From: Candidatus Nitrosopelagicus sp.
GTDB lineage: Archaea; Thermoproteota; Nitrososphaeria; Nitrososphaerales; Nitrosopumilaceae
Reading direction: 5' to 3'
Length of the DNA: 64,000 bases
Assembly: GCA_028345295.1 (NCBI GenBank)
Contig: JAOMDA010000005.1
Location: forward strand, 1,117-65,116
Within the stretch, counting starts at the first letter, position 1, and each line of letters starts with the position of its first letter. The position numbers and the translations under genes were made by a program. This document shows positions 49,698-60,260 of the stretch, piece by piece. The notes under the pieces were generated by a model, which searched no databases, was not told the DNA's origin, and was given only the letters and a program-made list of their open reading frames with translations.

Positions 49698-50594
49698 TTG
49701 GACATTTTAGACATGAAAATACTCAGCTCTTTACTGAATAATTGTAGAGAATCTGATAGGCAAATTGGAAAAAAGTTTGGAATTTCTGGTGGTGCTGTTG
49801 GTTCTAGAATTAACAAGATGAAAAAATCAGGATTAATTGAAAATTTTTGCATGAAAGTGGAACCACCAGTATTAGGTCAAAATATTGTCTATATTGTAGT
49901 AAGCGGTCAAGATATTGAAAAAATAATGAAACAGGTAAAACTTGTAGGTCTTCCATTTGTAATAGTTCCCTGTGTTGGCGGAACCACTGTATGTGGAATT
50001 GTTGTAAAAGAAGACGTTGAACAAAAAATCGAACTTTTAAAAAATTTAATGAATGATGTTAGAATTCTTTTAATCTTTGAAGCAGAAAGTGAAGAAATTG
50101 ATTTCAATATTACAAAGACTGATCTTGAAGTTCTAAGAGAATTAATAGACGATCCTAGACAAAAAATTGAAGAACTATCAAAAAAGACAAAACTATCCAC
50201 AAAGACGATAAACAGAATTCTAGAAAAATTTGAAGAAAACGAATCCATACAGTTTACTTTGGTTTATGATCCAAGTAAGATTGAGGGTTACATTCCATAT
50301 GCAGTACTATCTGTAGTTAATGGGGAAATCAAAACAATTCTAAAAAATTTAGAAAAGCAGTTTGGTGATTCATTTATGATGATACCATTTTTGGCAAAAA
50401 ATCAGATAGTCCTATTCTTGTACAGTGAAAACATTTTCCAAATGGATGCAATGACAGAAAAAATCAGGCAAGTTGATGGAATTTTATCTACAGATTTATT
50501 CATTCCAAAAAAAATTAATATGCCAAAAGAGTGGATGAAAAAATCAATAGAATCATTAACAAAAACAGAAAAATTACATATAATGTATAATTAA
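49698..50594 (+). CDS. Tandem Lrp/AsnC-family transcription regulator
   Basis: Two HTH units (DMKILSSLLNNCRES..; DLEVLRELIDDPR..). Confidence 0.85.
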   Translation: MDILDMKILSSLLNNCRESDRQIGKKFGISGGAVGSRINKMKKSGLIENFCMKVEPPVLGQNIVYIVVSGQDIEKIMKQVKLVGLPFVIVPCVGGTTVCGIVVKEDVEQKIELLKNLMNDVRILLIFEAESEEIDFNITKTDLEVLRELIDDPRQKIEELSKKTKLSTKTINRILEKFEENESIQFTLVYDPSKIEGYIPYAVLSVVNGEIKTILKNLEKQFGDSFMMIPFLAKNQIVLFLYSENIFQMDAMTEKIRQVDGILSTDLFIPKKINMPKEWMKKSIESLTKTEKLHIMYN

Positions 50595-50603
50595 GAAACT
50601 GTT

Positions 50604-51119
50604 ATGAAAAAGAAGAAAATCTATGAAGGAAAAATTATTGGACTAAATCTCTATGATCTAACAATAGAAAAAAGAAAGGTAAAAAGAGAAATCATTGAAC
50701 ATCCAGGTGCTGCTGCAATGCTTGCATTTGATGAAAAAGGGAAAATTATTTTGGTAAAACAGCACAGATTTGGGCATGGCTATATCTTGGAGATTCCAGC
50801 GGGAACTCTAGAAAAGGGTGAAAAACCGATTGATACTGCCTATCGTGAAATAATAGAAGAGACTGGCTATGAGGCAAAAAAGATGACTAAACTAATCTCA
50901 TTTTATCCTTCAGTTGGCTATAACACAGAAGAAATTCATATTTTTGTAGCATCAGGTCTGAAGAAGAAATTTGAATTGGACCTTGATAATGATGAATTCA
51001 TTTCAGTTGTAAAAATGGATGTGAAAAAGCTGATTGGTATGATCAAGGCAGGAAAAATTGCAGATTCAAAGACAGTTTGTGCCGTGATGGTCTATGCAGC
51101 AAAGAAAAAACTACTCTAA
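50604..51119 (+). CDS. NUDIX hydrolase (ADP-ribose pyrophosphatase-like)
   Basis: Nudix box GTLEKGEKPIDTAYREIIEETGY. Confidence 0.93.
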   Translation: MKKKKIYEGKIIGLNLYDLTIEKRKVKREIIEHPGAAAMLAFDEKGKIILVKQHRFGHGYILEIPAGTLEKGEKPIDTAYREIIEETGYEAKKMTKLISFYPSVGYNTEEIHIFVASGLKKKFELDLDNDEFISVVKMDVKKLIGMIKAGKIADSKTVCAVMVYAAKKKLL

Positions 51120-51155
51120 GCAAACTATATTTTAACTCATAATTGTAGTTAAGAA

Positions 51156-51317
51156 ATGAATCTAGAAGTTGACGAAGAAAAAAAGGCTGAGATTGCAAAT
51201 GTCATTACCAATCCAGATAGTCCCGTAGGCATAGACGCAAAAAAGACACACATCATTATCATCAATAAGCTAGTTGAGATTGAAAAGCGACTAGAAGAAC
51301 TTGAAAAACTACATTAG
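51156..51317 (+). CDS. 53-aa hypothetical protein
   Basis: Translated by hand: MNLEVDEEKKAEIANVITNPDSPVGIDAKKTHIIIINKLVEIEKRLEELEKLH. Confidence 0.65.
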   Translation: MNLEVDEEKKAEIANVITNPDSPVGIDAKKTHIIIINKLVEIEKRLEELEKLH

Positions 51318-51320
51318 GTC

Positions 51321-52298
51321 TTACTGATAACTTGGTTTTACTAAATCTGTGATGTCAGACCAAGATTGCAAGATCTTCTCAAACATATAAACAAGATCAA
51401 AGAATGCCAAAGGAAATTGCTTTTTACTTTCTAAAGATGAACGAATTTTTGAAATCATTTTTGCATTGCTTCGTTGTAGTGCAATTGCATTAATTGCAAG
51501 TGCTCTGTCATTCGAAATAAAAGAGTCGATAGATTTTATCTGAATTTCTTCTATATCCTTTGCAAAATTATGTATCTTTTTTTGTTCAGATTTGGTCAAA
51601 TTTGATTTCATTAACAATTGTGATAATTCTACAACGGTATCTCCAGCAATTTCAAGTGTATTTGCAGCAATTCTATAATCTAAAATGTCTATGTTTTCTA
51701 GGTTGAATATTCCAGCTAATCTAGTATCCATGATGGTACTTCGGATTAGTCTGACAAGAAGGAAATACTGTCTATTAATTTCAGCATCACGGTTTGCTAT
51801 AGTTTCAAGATTTGTCTTGTCACCACTTTCCAAGGATAATACAACATCGCTAAACATACCAAGTGCAATTGAGCTCATTCTTTTCAGAATTTTTTGTGGG
51901 TTTACCGATGTTTCATCAAGCAAAAATTGTACAGAAATATTTGTTGCATCTTCATCTACAATTTCCATTCCAACTAGTCTTCTCATAGAACCACGAACAT
52001 TTTCTCTATCCGTAACAGAGATTGGGGATTTACCTATGATCTTGATTATGTCATATCCTAAAAGATATGCACCAGTAATGTTAGGAACTATACTTTCTCC
52101 TTTTGGTAATGGATATGATATTTCAATTTCCTTTGATGGTCTCTTGCTTTGTTGTATTCTAATTGAAAGATTGTTTTGTGTGGTTTCAATTTCTACTTGG
52201 GCACTCTTGTCTAGTTTGTTTGCATCAATCCATTCTTTTGGAAGAGAAACTAGCATGCTGCTTCCAATCCTCTGTAGGCGTCGAGTAAATCTAGTCAA
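51321..52298 (-). CDS. AbrB-PhoU phosphate uptake regulator
   Basis: RRLQRIGSSMLVSLPKEW AbrB motif; GAYLLGYD; PhoU helices. Confidence 0.88.
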   Translation of the reverse strand: MTRFTRRLQRIGSSMLVSLPKEWIDANKLDKSAQVEIETTQNNLSIRIQQSKRPSKEIEISYPLPKGESIVPNITGAYLLGYDIIKIIGKSPISVTDRENVRGSMRRLVGMEIVDEDATNISVQFLLDETSVNPQKILKRMSSIALGMFSDVVLSLESGDKTNLETIANRDAEINRQYFLLVRLIRSTIMDTRLAGIFNLENIDILDYRIAANTLEIAGDTVVELSQLLMKSNLTKSEQKKIHNFAKDIEEIQIKSIDSFISNDRALAINAIALQRSNAKMISKIRSSLESKKQFPLAFFDLVYMFEKILQSWSDITDLVKPSYQ

Positions 52299-52360
52299 TT
52301 TATACTAATTTATACTATTTAAGCCAAGTATTAATATTTTAAGAGATTTAGGATTCGATC

Positions 52361-53254
52361 ATGAGGGCAAAAGCATTTTCACCTGCTCATATCACTGGAT
52401 TTTTCAAGGCAGAGTTAGAAAAAGAAGAAGTAAATCAACTTGGCTCTCTTGGTGCTGGATTTTCAATACAAAAAGGAGTAAAGACTACTGTAAATGTTAG
52501 GCCAAAGACAAAACACGACATTACCAATTATGGAATTAGAGTGAAGGGATTCAACACTGGTGACATACGAGTATCAGAATATGTTTTGAATGAATTTCTG
52601 GTGGATGGAAATTATTTTGATGTAACACATGAGATAGATGTTCCTGTTGGATATGGCTTTGGTTGTAGCGCTGCAGTTGCATTATCGTTATCTATTGCAT
52701 TAAATGATTCCCTGAAATGTGGATATACAAAAACAAAGGTAGCTCAGATTGCACATGAAGCTGAAATTAAATGTCAAACTGGACTTGGTGATGTACTTGC
52801 ATCATATCATGGAGGATTTGAGATTAGAACCAAATCAGGTGCACCTGGAGTTGGTGAAGTGCAAAAAATAAAACCAAAAGAAAAATTAGAAGTTATGATT
52901 ATCTGTTTTAATCCAATTTCAACTAAGAAATTCCTTAAGGAAAAAATTTCTTCGGTAAATGGTCTTGGAGGTAGGATGGTAGAAAAGCTTGCCAAATCTC
53001 AGAATATGGATGAATTTCAAGATATGTCGTTAAAATTTGCTCAGTATATTCATGTAATAACTCCAAAAATGAGTAAAGTTATCAGAGAACTTCATAGAAA
53101 TGGAATAAAATGTGGAATTGCTCTTTTTGGCGAAACAATTTTTTCCCTTGCAACACCAGATAAAAAACAAAAGGTTTTGGAAATTTTGAAAAAATATGAT
53201 GATGGAATAATCATCACTTCAAAAATTGACAACTATGGTGCAAGATTAGAATAA
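52361..53254 (+). CDS. pok: Pantoate kinase (GHMP)
   Basis: FSPAHITGFF, GSLGAG, PVGYGFGCSAA, TGLGDV; in the CoA cluster. Confidence 0.9.
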   Translation: MRAKAFSPAHITGFFKAELEKEEVNQLGSLGAGFSIQKGVKTTVNVRPKTKHDITNYGIRVKGFNTGDIRVSEYVLNEFLVDGNYFDVTHEIDVPVGYGFGCSAAVALSLSIALNDSLKCGYTKTKVAQIAHEAEIKCQTGLGDVLASYHGGFEIRTKSGAPGVGEVQKIKPKEKLEVMIICFNPISTKKFLKEKISSVNGLGGRMVEKLAKSQNMDEFQDMSLKFAQYIHVITPKMSKVIRELHRNGIKCGIALFGETIFSLATPDKKQKVLEILKKYDDGIIITSKIDNYGARLE

Positions 53255-53273
53255 AATATTTTTCGGTGATGAA

Positions 53274-54008
53274 ATGAATATACCAAAATCTCATCCACGT
53301 TTTGTTTCATTGCAAACAAGAGAGAAATTAGTTGAAGGATTTGATAACAACTTAGTTGCAAAAGAAGGGTTACTGGCACATGGTCGTGGTGAAGCATTTG
53401 ATTATCTTATAGGTGAGAAGACTTTGAAAAGTGCCAAAAAAGCAATCTCTGCAGCTGCATATACTCTCCAGAATGCCAAGAATCCAGTAATTTCTGTAAA
53501 CGGTAATTTTGCCGCCCTTTGCACGCCTGAAATAATCAAATTAAGTCAAATTTTAGGCGCAAAAATAGAGGTAAATCTCTTCTATGGACCAGAAAGTAGA
53601 AAGAGGACTATTACCAAAGTTTTGAAGAAATCTGGTGCAAAGGAGGTTCTTGGTATAAATCCGAAATCTGCAAGAAGAATGAAAGGGATCGACAGTAACA
53701 GAAGAATTGTAGATAAAGATGGAATTTATTCTGCTGATGTTGTTCTTGTTCCTTTAGAAGACGGTGATAGAACGCTTGCTCTAAAGAAAGCTAAAAAGAA
53801 GGTAATTACATTTGATCTAAACCCACTTTCACGAACTGCACAAACCGCAGATATTACAATTGTTGATAATACAACTAGAGCAATGAAGCTGTTAGTTACA
53901 GCTTGCAAAAAGAAAAAAGTAAAACCATCTTATAACAACAAGAAAGTTTTATCAGAATCAATCTCTGAAATCAAGAAAAATCTACAAAGGAGAGCTAGAC
54001 TTGCCTAA
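53274..54008 (+). CDS. pps: 4-phosphopantoate--beta-alanine ligase
   Basis: IPKSHPR, AHGRGEAFDYL, VLVPLEDGDR, DLNPLSRTA. Confidence 0.93.
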   Translation: MNIPKSHPRFVSLQTREKLVEGFDNNLVAKEGLLAHGRGEAFDYLIGEKTLKSAKKAISAAAYTLQNAKNPVISVNGNFAALCTPEIIKLSQILGAKIEVNLFYGPESRKRTITKVLKKSGAKEVLGINPKSARRMKGIDSNRRIVDKDGIYSADVVLVPLEDGDRTLALKKAKKKVITFDLNPLSRTAQTADITIVDNTTRAMKLLVTACKKKKVKPSYNNKKVLSESISEIKKNLQRRARLA

Positions 54009-54783
54009 GACAATAAATGAGATAGTTCAGAAGAAACAAAAACAGAAGATCACTGTAGTTACCAGTTATGATTATACGATGGCTACACTTTGTGATCAGG
54101 TTGACATACTTTTGGTTGGAGACAGTGCTGGAATGGTCATGCTTGGATATGAAAATACATCTCCTGTCACCATGGATCAAATGTGCATGTTTACTGAGGG
54201 AGTTAGTAATGGGAGAAAAAATGCTCTAATCGTTGCTGATCTTCCAAACAAGTCATATGATAATGAATCTGATGCAGTATCAAATTCTCAGCGACTAATC
54301 AATGCCGGTGCAGATGCTGTAAAACTGGAAGGAAGACTTCCTACGATAATCAAGGCAATTATCAAAGCTGGAATACCTGTGATGGGGCATCTCGGTCTTT
54401 TACCACAGACCGCAAAAAAGTATAGCGTGCAAGGAAAGACAGAAGATGATTCACAAGTATTATTAGAAGATTCAAAAGCACTGGAAGATGCTGGTTGTTT
54501 TACAATCGTTTATGAAATGGTAGCGTCTGAAACCATGAAGAAGATTACTGAATCTGTTAATGTCCCAACAATTGGAATTGGCTGCGGAAAGCACTGTGAT
54601 GGACAAGTTCTAGTCATACATGACATGCTTGGTCTATATGACAAAATTAACCCAAAATTTGTCAAAAGATATCTTTCACTGTCAGATACCATCAGAAAAG
54701 CCGTTTCTGAATACGTGGATGACGTCGAAAATCAGGTATTTCCAGCAGAAAAGCATTCATATCATATGGAGGTTCAAACATGA
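54001..54783 (+). CDS. panB: Ketopantoate hydroxymethyltransferase
   Basis: TSYDY, LLVGDSAGM, AVKLEG, GHLGLLPQ, CDGQVLV. Confidence 0.95.
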   Translation: MPKTINEIVQKKQKQKITVVTSYDYTMATLCDQVDILLVGDSAGMVMLGYENTSPVTMDQMCMFTEGVSNGRKNALIVADLPNKSYDNESDAVSNSQRLINAGADAVKLEGRLPTIIKAIIKAGIPVMGHLGLLPQTAKKYSVQGKTEDDSQVLLEDSKALEDAGCFTIVYEMVASETMKKITESVNVPTIGIGCGKHCDGQVLVIHDMLGLYDKINPKFVKRYLSLSDTIRKAVSEYVDDVENQVFPAEKHSYHMEVQT

Positions 54784-56003
54784 CACGACATCCATCCTTG
54801 GACATTGTTGAGAGCTATGGTACGGAACTCACTGGAAAAAAGATAGTTCTTTGTATTGCAGGCTCTGTTGCAGCCTACAAATCAATTGAACTTGCAAGAT
54901 TGTTGATGCGACATGGTGCAAATGTAAAATGTGTAATGTCTAATGCTAGTACAAAACTGATCAAACCTGATTATATGAAATGGGCTACTGGAAATAATGT
55001 AATTACAAAACTAACTGGAGATATGGAACATATTGATCTTGCTGACTACAAGAGATCTGATTTACTGATTGTTTATCCATCAACTGCTAATACTTTGGGA
55101 AAGCTTGCAACAGGAATTGATGACACACCAATATCCACAGTTCTTACTGTAGCGTTTGGCTCCAAGATTCCAATAGTTATGGGTCTTGCAATGCACCGAT
55201 CTATGTATGAAAATGCAGCAGTTCGCAAAAACATTGCATTCCTAGAAAAGAAAATTGATTTTGTTTCACCAAATATGATCGAAGGGAAAGCAAAAGCTCC
55301 AGAACCTGAAGATCTTCTACACTTTATTCTTACAAAATTTGGTCAGTCAAAAATTTTGAAAGGAAAGAAAGTTTTGATGACAGCTGGTCCAACAATCGAA
55401 AAGATTGATCCTATTAGAGTACTAACAAATCATAGTACTGGAAAAACCGGAGTGCTTTTAGCATCAGAATTGATTTCTGCTGGTGCAAAAGTCACATTAG
55501 TATATGGTCCTGGAATTACTGAACCTCCAAAAGGTGCAAAAATAATTCCTGTACAAACTGTTACAGATATGTTCAATGAAGTAAAAAAACAAATGAAAAA
55601 AAAGTTTGACATTATCATATTGGCTGCCGCGGCATCAGATTATATTCCAAAAAATCAATACACAAAGAAAATTAAAAGCACAAAAAAATCACTTACTCTG
55701 GAACTCAAAAAGGCACCAAAAATTATTGATCACATCAAAAAATTACAAAAAGATGTATTTTTAATAGGTTTTAAGGCTGAGGTAGACATCTCAAAAAAAG
55801 AGTTGGTAGTACAAGCAAAACAAAAATTAAAAGATTCCAAGGCTGATATGATAATTGCAAATGATATTGGAAAAAAATACTTCAAAGACACGAGATATAA
55901 TGAATTACTAATTGTTGATTCAAAAAAAGTTGTGACTATTGGTAGAAATAAAAAAGAAAGAATTGCTAAATTAATTTGTAAAAACATTGAAAAAAGAATC
56001 TAA
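54780..56003 (+). CDS. coaBC: Phosphopantothenoylcysteine decarboxylase/ligase
   Basis: GSVAAYK, PSTANTLGK, TAGPT.E.IDPIR, NHSTGKTG, GFKAE. Confidence 0.95.
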   Translation: MTRHPSLDIVESYGTELTGKKIVLCIAGSVAAYKSIELARLLMRHGANVKCVMSNASTKLIKPDYMKWATGNNVITKLTGDMEHIDLADYKRSDLLIVYPSTANTLGKLATGIDDTPISTVLTVAFGSKIPIVMGLAMHRSMYENAAVRKNIAFLEKKIDFVSPNMIEGKAKAPEPEDLLHFILTKFGQSKILKGKKVLMTAGPTIEKIDPIRVLTNHSTGKTGVLLASELISAGAKVTLVYGPGITEPPKGAKIIPVQTVTDMFNEVKKQMKKKFDIIILAAAASDYIPKNQYTKKIKSTKKSLTLELKKAPKIIDHIKKLQKDVFLIGFKAEVDISKKELVVQAKQKLKDSKADMIIANDIGKKYFKDTRYNELLIVDSKKVVTIGRNKKERIAKLICKNIEKRI

Positions 56004-56832
56004 AAATATTCAATATAAACAGAGAAATATTCTGGTCTGGAATGAAGTAGCTCCATATTATCATAAAAGATGGGCAAGAGAAGAAGTTGGTCCGTTTAAT
56101 GTTACAAATAAGGTAATAAAATTATCAAAGATAAAAAATGGTGATTGTGTTTTGGATCTTGCATGTGGGACAGGTCTGGTTACAAAAAAAATTGTTAGAA
56201 AAGTTGGAAAAAATGGTATGATTTATGCAATTGATACATCAAAAACTGCAATAAACATTGCAAAAAAGTGGGTTGGAATGAAAGAAAATATTCGTTTTAT
56301 CATAGGTGATGCAGAAACTATTCAATTTAACACAAAATTTGATGCCATAACATGTCAATATGCACTATTTTTCTTTCCAAATACACAAAAAGTTTTAAAA
56401 AATCTCAAAAGAATCTTGAAAAAAAATGGTATGATTACAATGACTGTTCATAGTAAAACTAATGTTCCATATTTTGACAGTATACTAAATCCAATAAAAA
56501 AATTCATTCCAGACTATTTGCCAAAATATCCAGAGCTTGACAGATTTGGAACAAACAAATCATTCAGAAAAGAATTTGCAAAGGCAGGATATCAGAAAAT
56601 TGTTGTGAGGAAATTACTTTATCATTACAGCCCAGGAAATTTTTCTGATTATTGGAATAACTACAAAAAGTATCTATCAAAACCACTAAAACAGAAATTT
56701 AACAAATTAAGTAGATATCAAAAATCAAATCTAAGAGAGGTTGTAAAAGATAATACTGTTCAATATACCAAAAAAGATGGCAAAATTATCTTTCCGTGGG
56801 AAGTTTTAGTATTAACTGCTAGAAATTCATAG
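55987..56832 (+). CDS. Class I SAM-dependent methyltransferase
   Basis: VLDLACGTG, GDAE, FDAITC. Confidence 0.88.
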   Translation: MKKESKNIQYKQRNILVWNEVAPYYHKRWAREEVGPFNVTNKVIKLSKIKNGDCVLDLACGTGLVTKKIVRKVGKNGMIYAIDTSKTAINIAKKWVGMKENIRFIIGDAETIQFNTKFDAITCQYALFFFPNTQKVLKNLKRILKKNGMITMTVHSKTNVPYFDSILNPIKKFIPDYLPKYPELDRFGTNKSFRKEFAKAGYQKIVVRKLLYHYSPGNFSDYWNNYKKYLSKPLKQKFNKLSRYQKSNLREVVKDNTVQYTKKDGKIIFPWEVLVLTARNS

Positions 56833-56872
56833 CCAGCAAACATAAATCTACAGACTAGAATCAGATAGAATA

Positions 56873-57940
56873 TTGCGATCAAGAAGAAGAAAAATATTGC
56901 AAAATTGTCAAAAAAGTACAGGATGCAATACATTAGTAACATTTGAGCCAGAGAACTTATTCTATTTGACTGGTTTTTGGGGAGAGGCAATAGGTATCTT
57001 GGATAAAGATGCTAATGCAACAATTATTGCACCAGAATTAGAAGTTGGTAGAGCAAAAGATGAATCAATTAATTGCAATGTTATAAAATCTGATAGAGGA
57101 ATTAATTCGTTAGATTCGTTGAAAAAAATTCTAAAAGGCAAGATTTGTACCGACTGCCAAAATTATTCCATAATGCAATCACTAAAAAAATCATTCCCAA
57201 AGATAAAAAATTCATTAGAACCATTTCAAAAATCTCGTGAAATAAAAGATGAAAAAGAGATTATACTATTGAAAAAAGCTTCAAAAATAATAGATAACAT
57301 GTTTGGTATATGCCAAAAAAAGATTAAGGTTGGGCAAAAAGAATCAGAATTACAATCGATTTTAATGTCATATGCAATTGAGAATGAAATGTTTGATACT
57401 GGTTATCGCTCAACACTTAATCCACTGATAATTGCAGGTGGACTAAATGGTGCACTTCCTCATGCACAAGTAACTAATCGAAAATTCAAGAAAGGAGATC
57501 TAATAGTAGTAGATCTAACATTACGTTACAAGGGATATGTTTCTGATGCAACACGAACATTTGCATTAGGGAAAATTTCTACTGAAGCAAAAAAAGTATT
57601 TGATATTGTAAAAGAATCACAAAAAATTGGACTTGGTGCAGTAAAACCAAAAGTAAGTTGCAAGACAATAGATGATGCATGTAGAAAAATTATCAATGAA
57701 TCAGGATATGGAAAATATTTTATACATTCAACTGGACATGGAATTGGTTTAGATGTTCATGAGCTACCTACAATCAGTACAAGAAGTACAACAAAGCTTC
57801 AAAATAATATGGCAATAACAGTTGAACCAGGAATCTATATTGAAAATAAATTTGGAGTAAGAATTGAAGACTCGCTTATTGTAAAAGACAAAAAACCAAT
57901 TGTTATGCACAAGTTTACGAAAGAACTTGTAACACTTTAG
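56873..57940 (+). CDS. M24 Xaa-Pro peptidase
   Basis: ALPHA, DLTLRYKGYVSDATRT, HSTGHGIGLDVHE, EPGIY, RIED. Confidence 0.93.
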   Translation: MRSRRRKILQNCQKSTGCNTLVTFEPENLFYLTGFWGEAIGILDKDANATIIAPELEVGRAKDESINCNVIKSDRGINSLDSLKKILKGKICTDCQNYSIMQSLKKSFPKIKNSLEPFQKSREIKDEKEIILLKKASKIIDNMFGICQKKIKVGQKESELQSILMSYAIENEMFDTGYRSTLNPLIIAGGLNGALPHAQVTNRKFKKGDLIVVDLTLRYKGYVSDATRTFALGKISTEAKKVFDIVKESQKIGLGAVKPKVSCKTIDDACRKIINESGYGKYFIHSTGHGIGLDVHELPTISTRSTTKLQNNMAITVEPGIYIENKFGVRIEDSLIVKDKKPIVMHKFTKELVTL

Positions 57941-58031
57941 ATACTCTGATTTGTGGTAATTACGCACAAAAAAATCTTGTAAAATAAATTTAGAACAAAA
58001 GCTTTTTGATAGTGCAGATCCCACAAAAGCT

Positions 58032-58310
58032 ATGCAAAAACAGGAAAATACAACGTATCTGAAGGCAATAACTATACGTGATCCAAGTGATTTGCACTCG
58101 ATTAAAGAAGATATCAAAAAAGGAATAATACTTATCTTACGAGTTACACCTTTGGCACAAAAAGATGTTGAAAAACTAAGAAAGGTTGTAGAAGAACTAT
58201 ATGTAATTGCAAGAAATTCAGATGCAGATATTGCACGTTTGGGTGAAGAGAGGATTATTGTAACACCCATAAACGTAAAGATATGGAAACCAGATTACGA
58301 TCTAAAATAA
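58032..58310 (+). CDS. sepF: Archaeal SepF-like cell division protein
   Basis: IKEDIKKGIILILRVTPL..DIARLGEERIIVTP. Confidence 0.75.
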   Translation: MQKQENTTYLKAITIRDPSDLHSIKEDIKKGIILILRVTPLAQKDVEKLRKVVEELYVIARNSDADIARLGEERIIVTPINVKIWKPDYDLK

Positions 58311-60236
58311 TTTTATTGCTTCTTGTACTTGTGGATAATGAGTTGTAACTCTGTACATTCGTCTAATCTGTGCAGAAAGATTTTCTGATTTACGTCTTTC
58401 ACCATGATTAACCAAGACCCTACGCAATTTTGGTCGTAATCGATGAACGTATGACATCAACTGGTTATAGTCACTATGTCCACTAAATCCTTCAAGTTTT
58501 TCAGTTGCACAGTTAATTGTTACAACTTCAACTTTTCCATTCTGGCCTAAAATTGAAACTTGTCTTGCCCCATCCATAACTCTTCTTCCAAGAGTTCCAT
58601 TTACTTGATATGAAACAAATAGAAGTTTATTCTTTTTATGAGGTGCAATATTTCTAAAGTACTCTAAAACTGGACCGCCTTCAAGCATTCCAGATGTAGC
58701 AATAATTATACAAGGAGAATCTTCTCGTAGTGGTTCTTCTCTTGCATCATAATTCTCAATATTTGTAAAATATTCAGAATCAAATGGATTATCGTCTGTT
58801 TCAAGTATTTTTTTACGGAGTTCACGTGCAAGATATTCTGGGTGTGCTTCATGAATTGCTGTTGCCTCTTTAATCATACCTTCCATAAAGACAGGAGATT
58901 CAATGAGTTGTCCTGATTTCATATATTGATCAATTACCATCATTAATTCCTGAGCGCGTCCTACTGCTGGAATTGGTATGAGAACCTTTCCATTTTCCTT
59001 TAAGGTTTCATTAACTGATTTAACAAATGCAGACTCAACTTCTTCCCTAGTTGGTTGTATGTCTTCTTTAGCACCATACGTACTTTCTACAAGTAAAGTC
59101 TCAACACGTGGAAAATTTGTATTTGCACTCTCAAGCATAATACTTTTTCCATATTTTATATCTCCAGAATATACAAAATTATGATCACCATTACCAATAT
59201 GAAAATGACAAGATGCAGAACCAAGTATGTGTCCAGCATTTGCAAGTACTAATTTAATATCAGGTGAAATATCAGTAACAGTTCCGTAAGAAAGTGTAAT
59301 TGCCTGTTTCATAATTTGATGAACATCTCTTTCAGCATACATTGGTGTTCTACCTTGTGCACCTGCAACTTTTATTGCATCAAGCTGAATTAAGTTCATC
59401 ATTGGAAGTGTAGGTTCAGTACAATAAATTGGACCTCTATATCCATATTTGAGCAATACGGGTAAAAATCCAGTATGATCAAGATGTGCATGTCCTATAA
59501 CTATTGCATCTAATTCATCTAGTGATATATTTGCCCAATCTAATCTTGGAAAAGATTCTGATGGTGTTCTTGCACCAGGATTAACACCACAATCAATCAA
59601 AATTTTGCTATCAGCAGTAGTGAGAAGCATGCATGAACGACCAACCTGCCCAAATCCACCCAATGTTAAGAGAGAAACCTCAGATTTCTGAACTAATCTT
59701 GGTCTAAAAATTTCTTCTCCAATTTCTTTTAGTTGTTTTGCTCTTTCTGCAGAAGAGACTTTTAGTTGATAGTTAATAGCTTTTAATGTACTAGATGGAT
59801 TTGTTGTTGCTTTTTTTATCCTTAATTTCCATCCAGTTTGTTCTGTAACTTCAGCATGATTGAATTCTGCTGCGTTTCTTTGACACAACCACGGTCGTTT
59901 TAGTTCAATTGAAACTTCGCCTGTTGCTGTATCAAAGAACGTTGCTTCTAAATTAGCCTCCTTAGGAACACTTTTGTCTAAAATTTTTCTTGCCTCTTCT
60001 TCTGATTTTCTAATCTTCTCATCAGTTCTTATAACAATTCTTTTCTTAATCACATTTACAAGATTTGAAATAATATCGTTATGTTCCATCAAGAATTTTG
60101 GTTTATCTGTGTATAAGGCAATCCTGGGTCCTTCATAATCAATTTTTGTAATATTTGCTTCTTTTGGAATACTTTTCAGTATGGTTGCCATTATATTCTG
60201 GCCATTTTGAGGTTCTTGATATTGTTTTTTTTGCAA
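58302..60236 (-). CDS. aCPSF1 KH-domain beta-CASP ribonuclease
   Basis: KH domains, LGGFGQVGRS, HAHLDH, GHILGS, FSGHSD. Confidence 0.95.
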   Translation of the reverse strand: MQKKQYQEPQNGQNIMATILKSIPKEANITKIDYEGPRIALYTDKPKFLMEHNDIISNLVNVIKKRIVIRTDEKIRKSEEEARKILDKSVPKEANLEATFFDTATGEVSIELKRPWLCQRNAAEFNHAEVTEQTGWKLRIKKATTNPSSTLKAINYQLKVSSAERAKQLKEIGEEIFRPRLVQKSEVSLLTLGGFGQVGRSCMLLTTADSKILIDCGVNPGARTPSESFPRLDWANISLDELDAIVIGHAHLDHTGFLPVLLKYGYRGPIYCTEPTLPMMNLIQLDAIKVAGAQGRTPMYAERDVHQIMKQAITLSYGTVTDISPDIKLVLANAGHILGSASCHFHIGNGDHNFVYSGDIKYGKSIMLESANTNFPRVETLLVESTYGAKEDIQPTREEVESAFVKSVNETLKENGKVLIPIPAVGRAQELMMVIDQYMKSGQLIESPVFMEGMIKEATAIHEAHPEYLARELRKKILETDDNPFDSEYFTNIENYDAREEPLREDSPCIIIATSGMLEGGPVLEYFRNIAPHKKNKLLFVSYQVNGTLGRRVMDGARQVSILGQNGKVEVVTINCATEKLEGFSGHSDYNQLMSYVHRLRPKLRRVLVNHGERRKSENLSAQIRRMYRVTTHYPQVQEAIKLF

Positions 60237-60260
60237 TTAATGTAAATCTTCTAAAAATTT

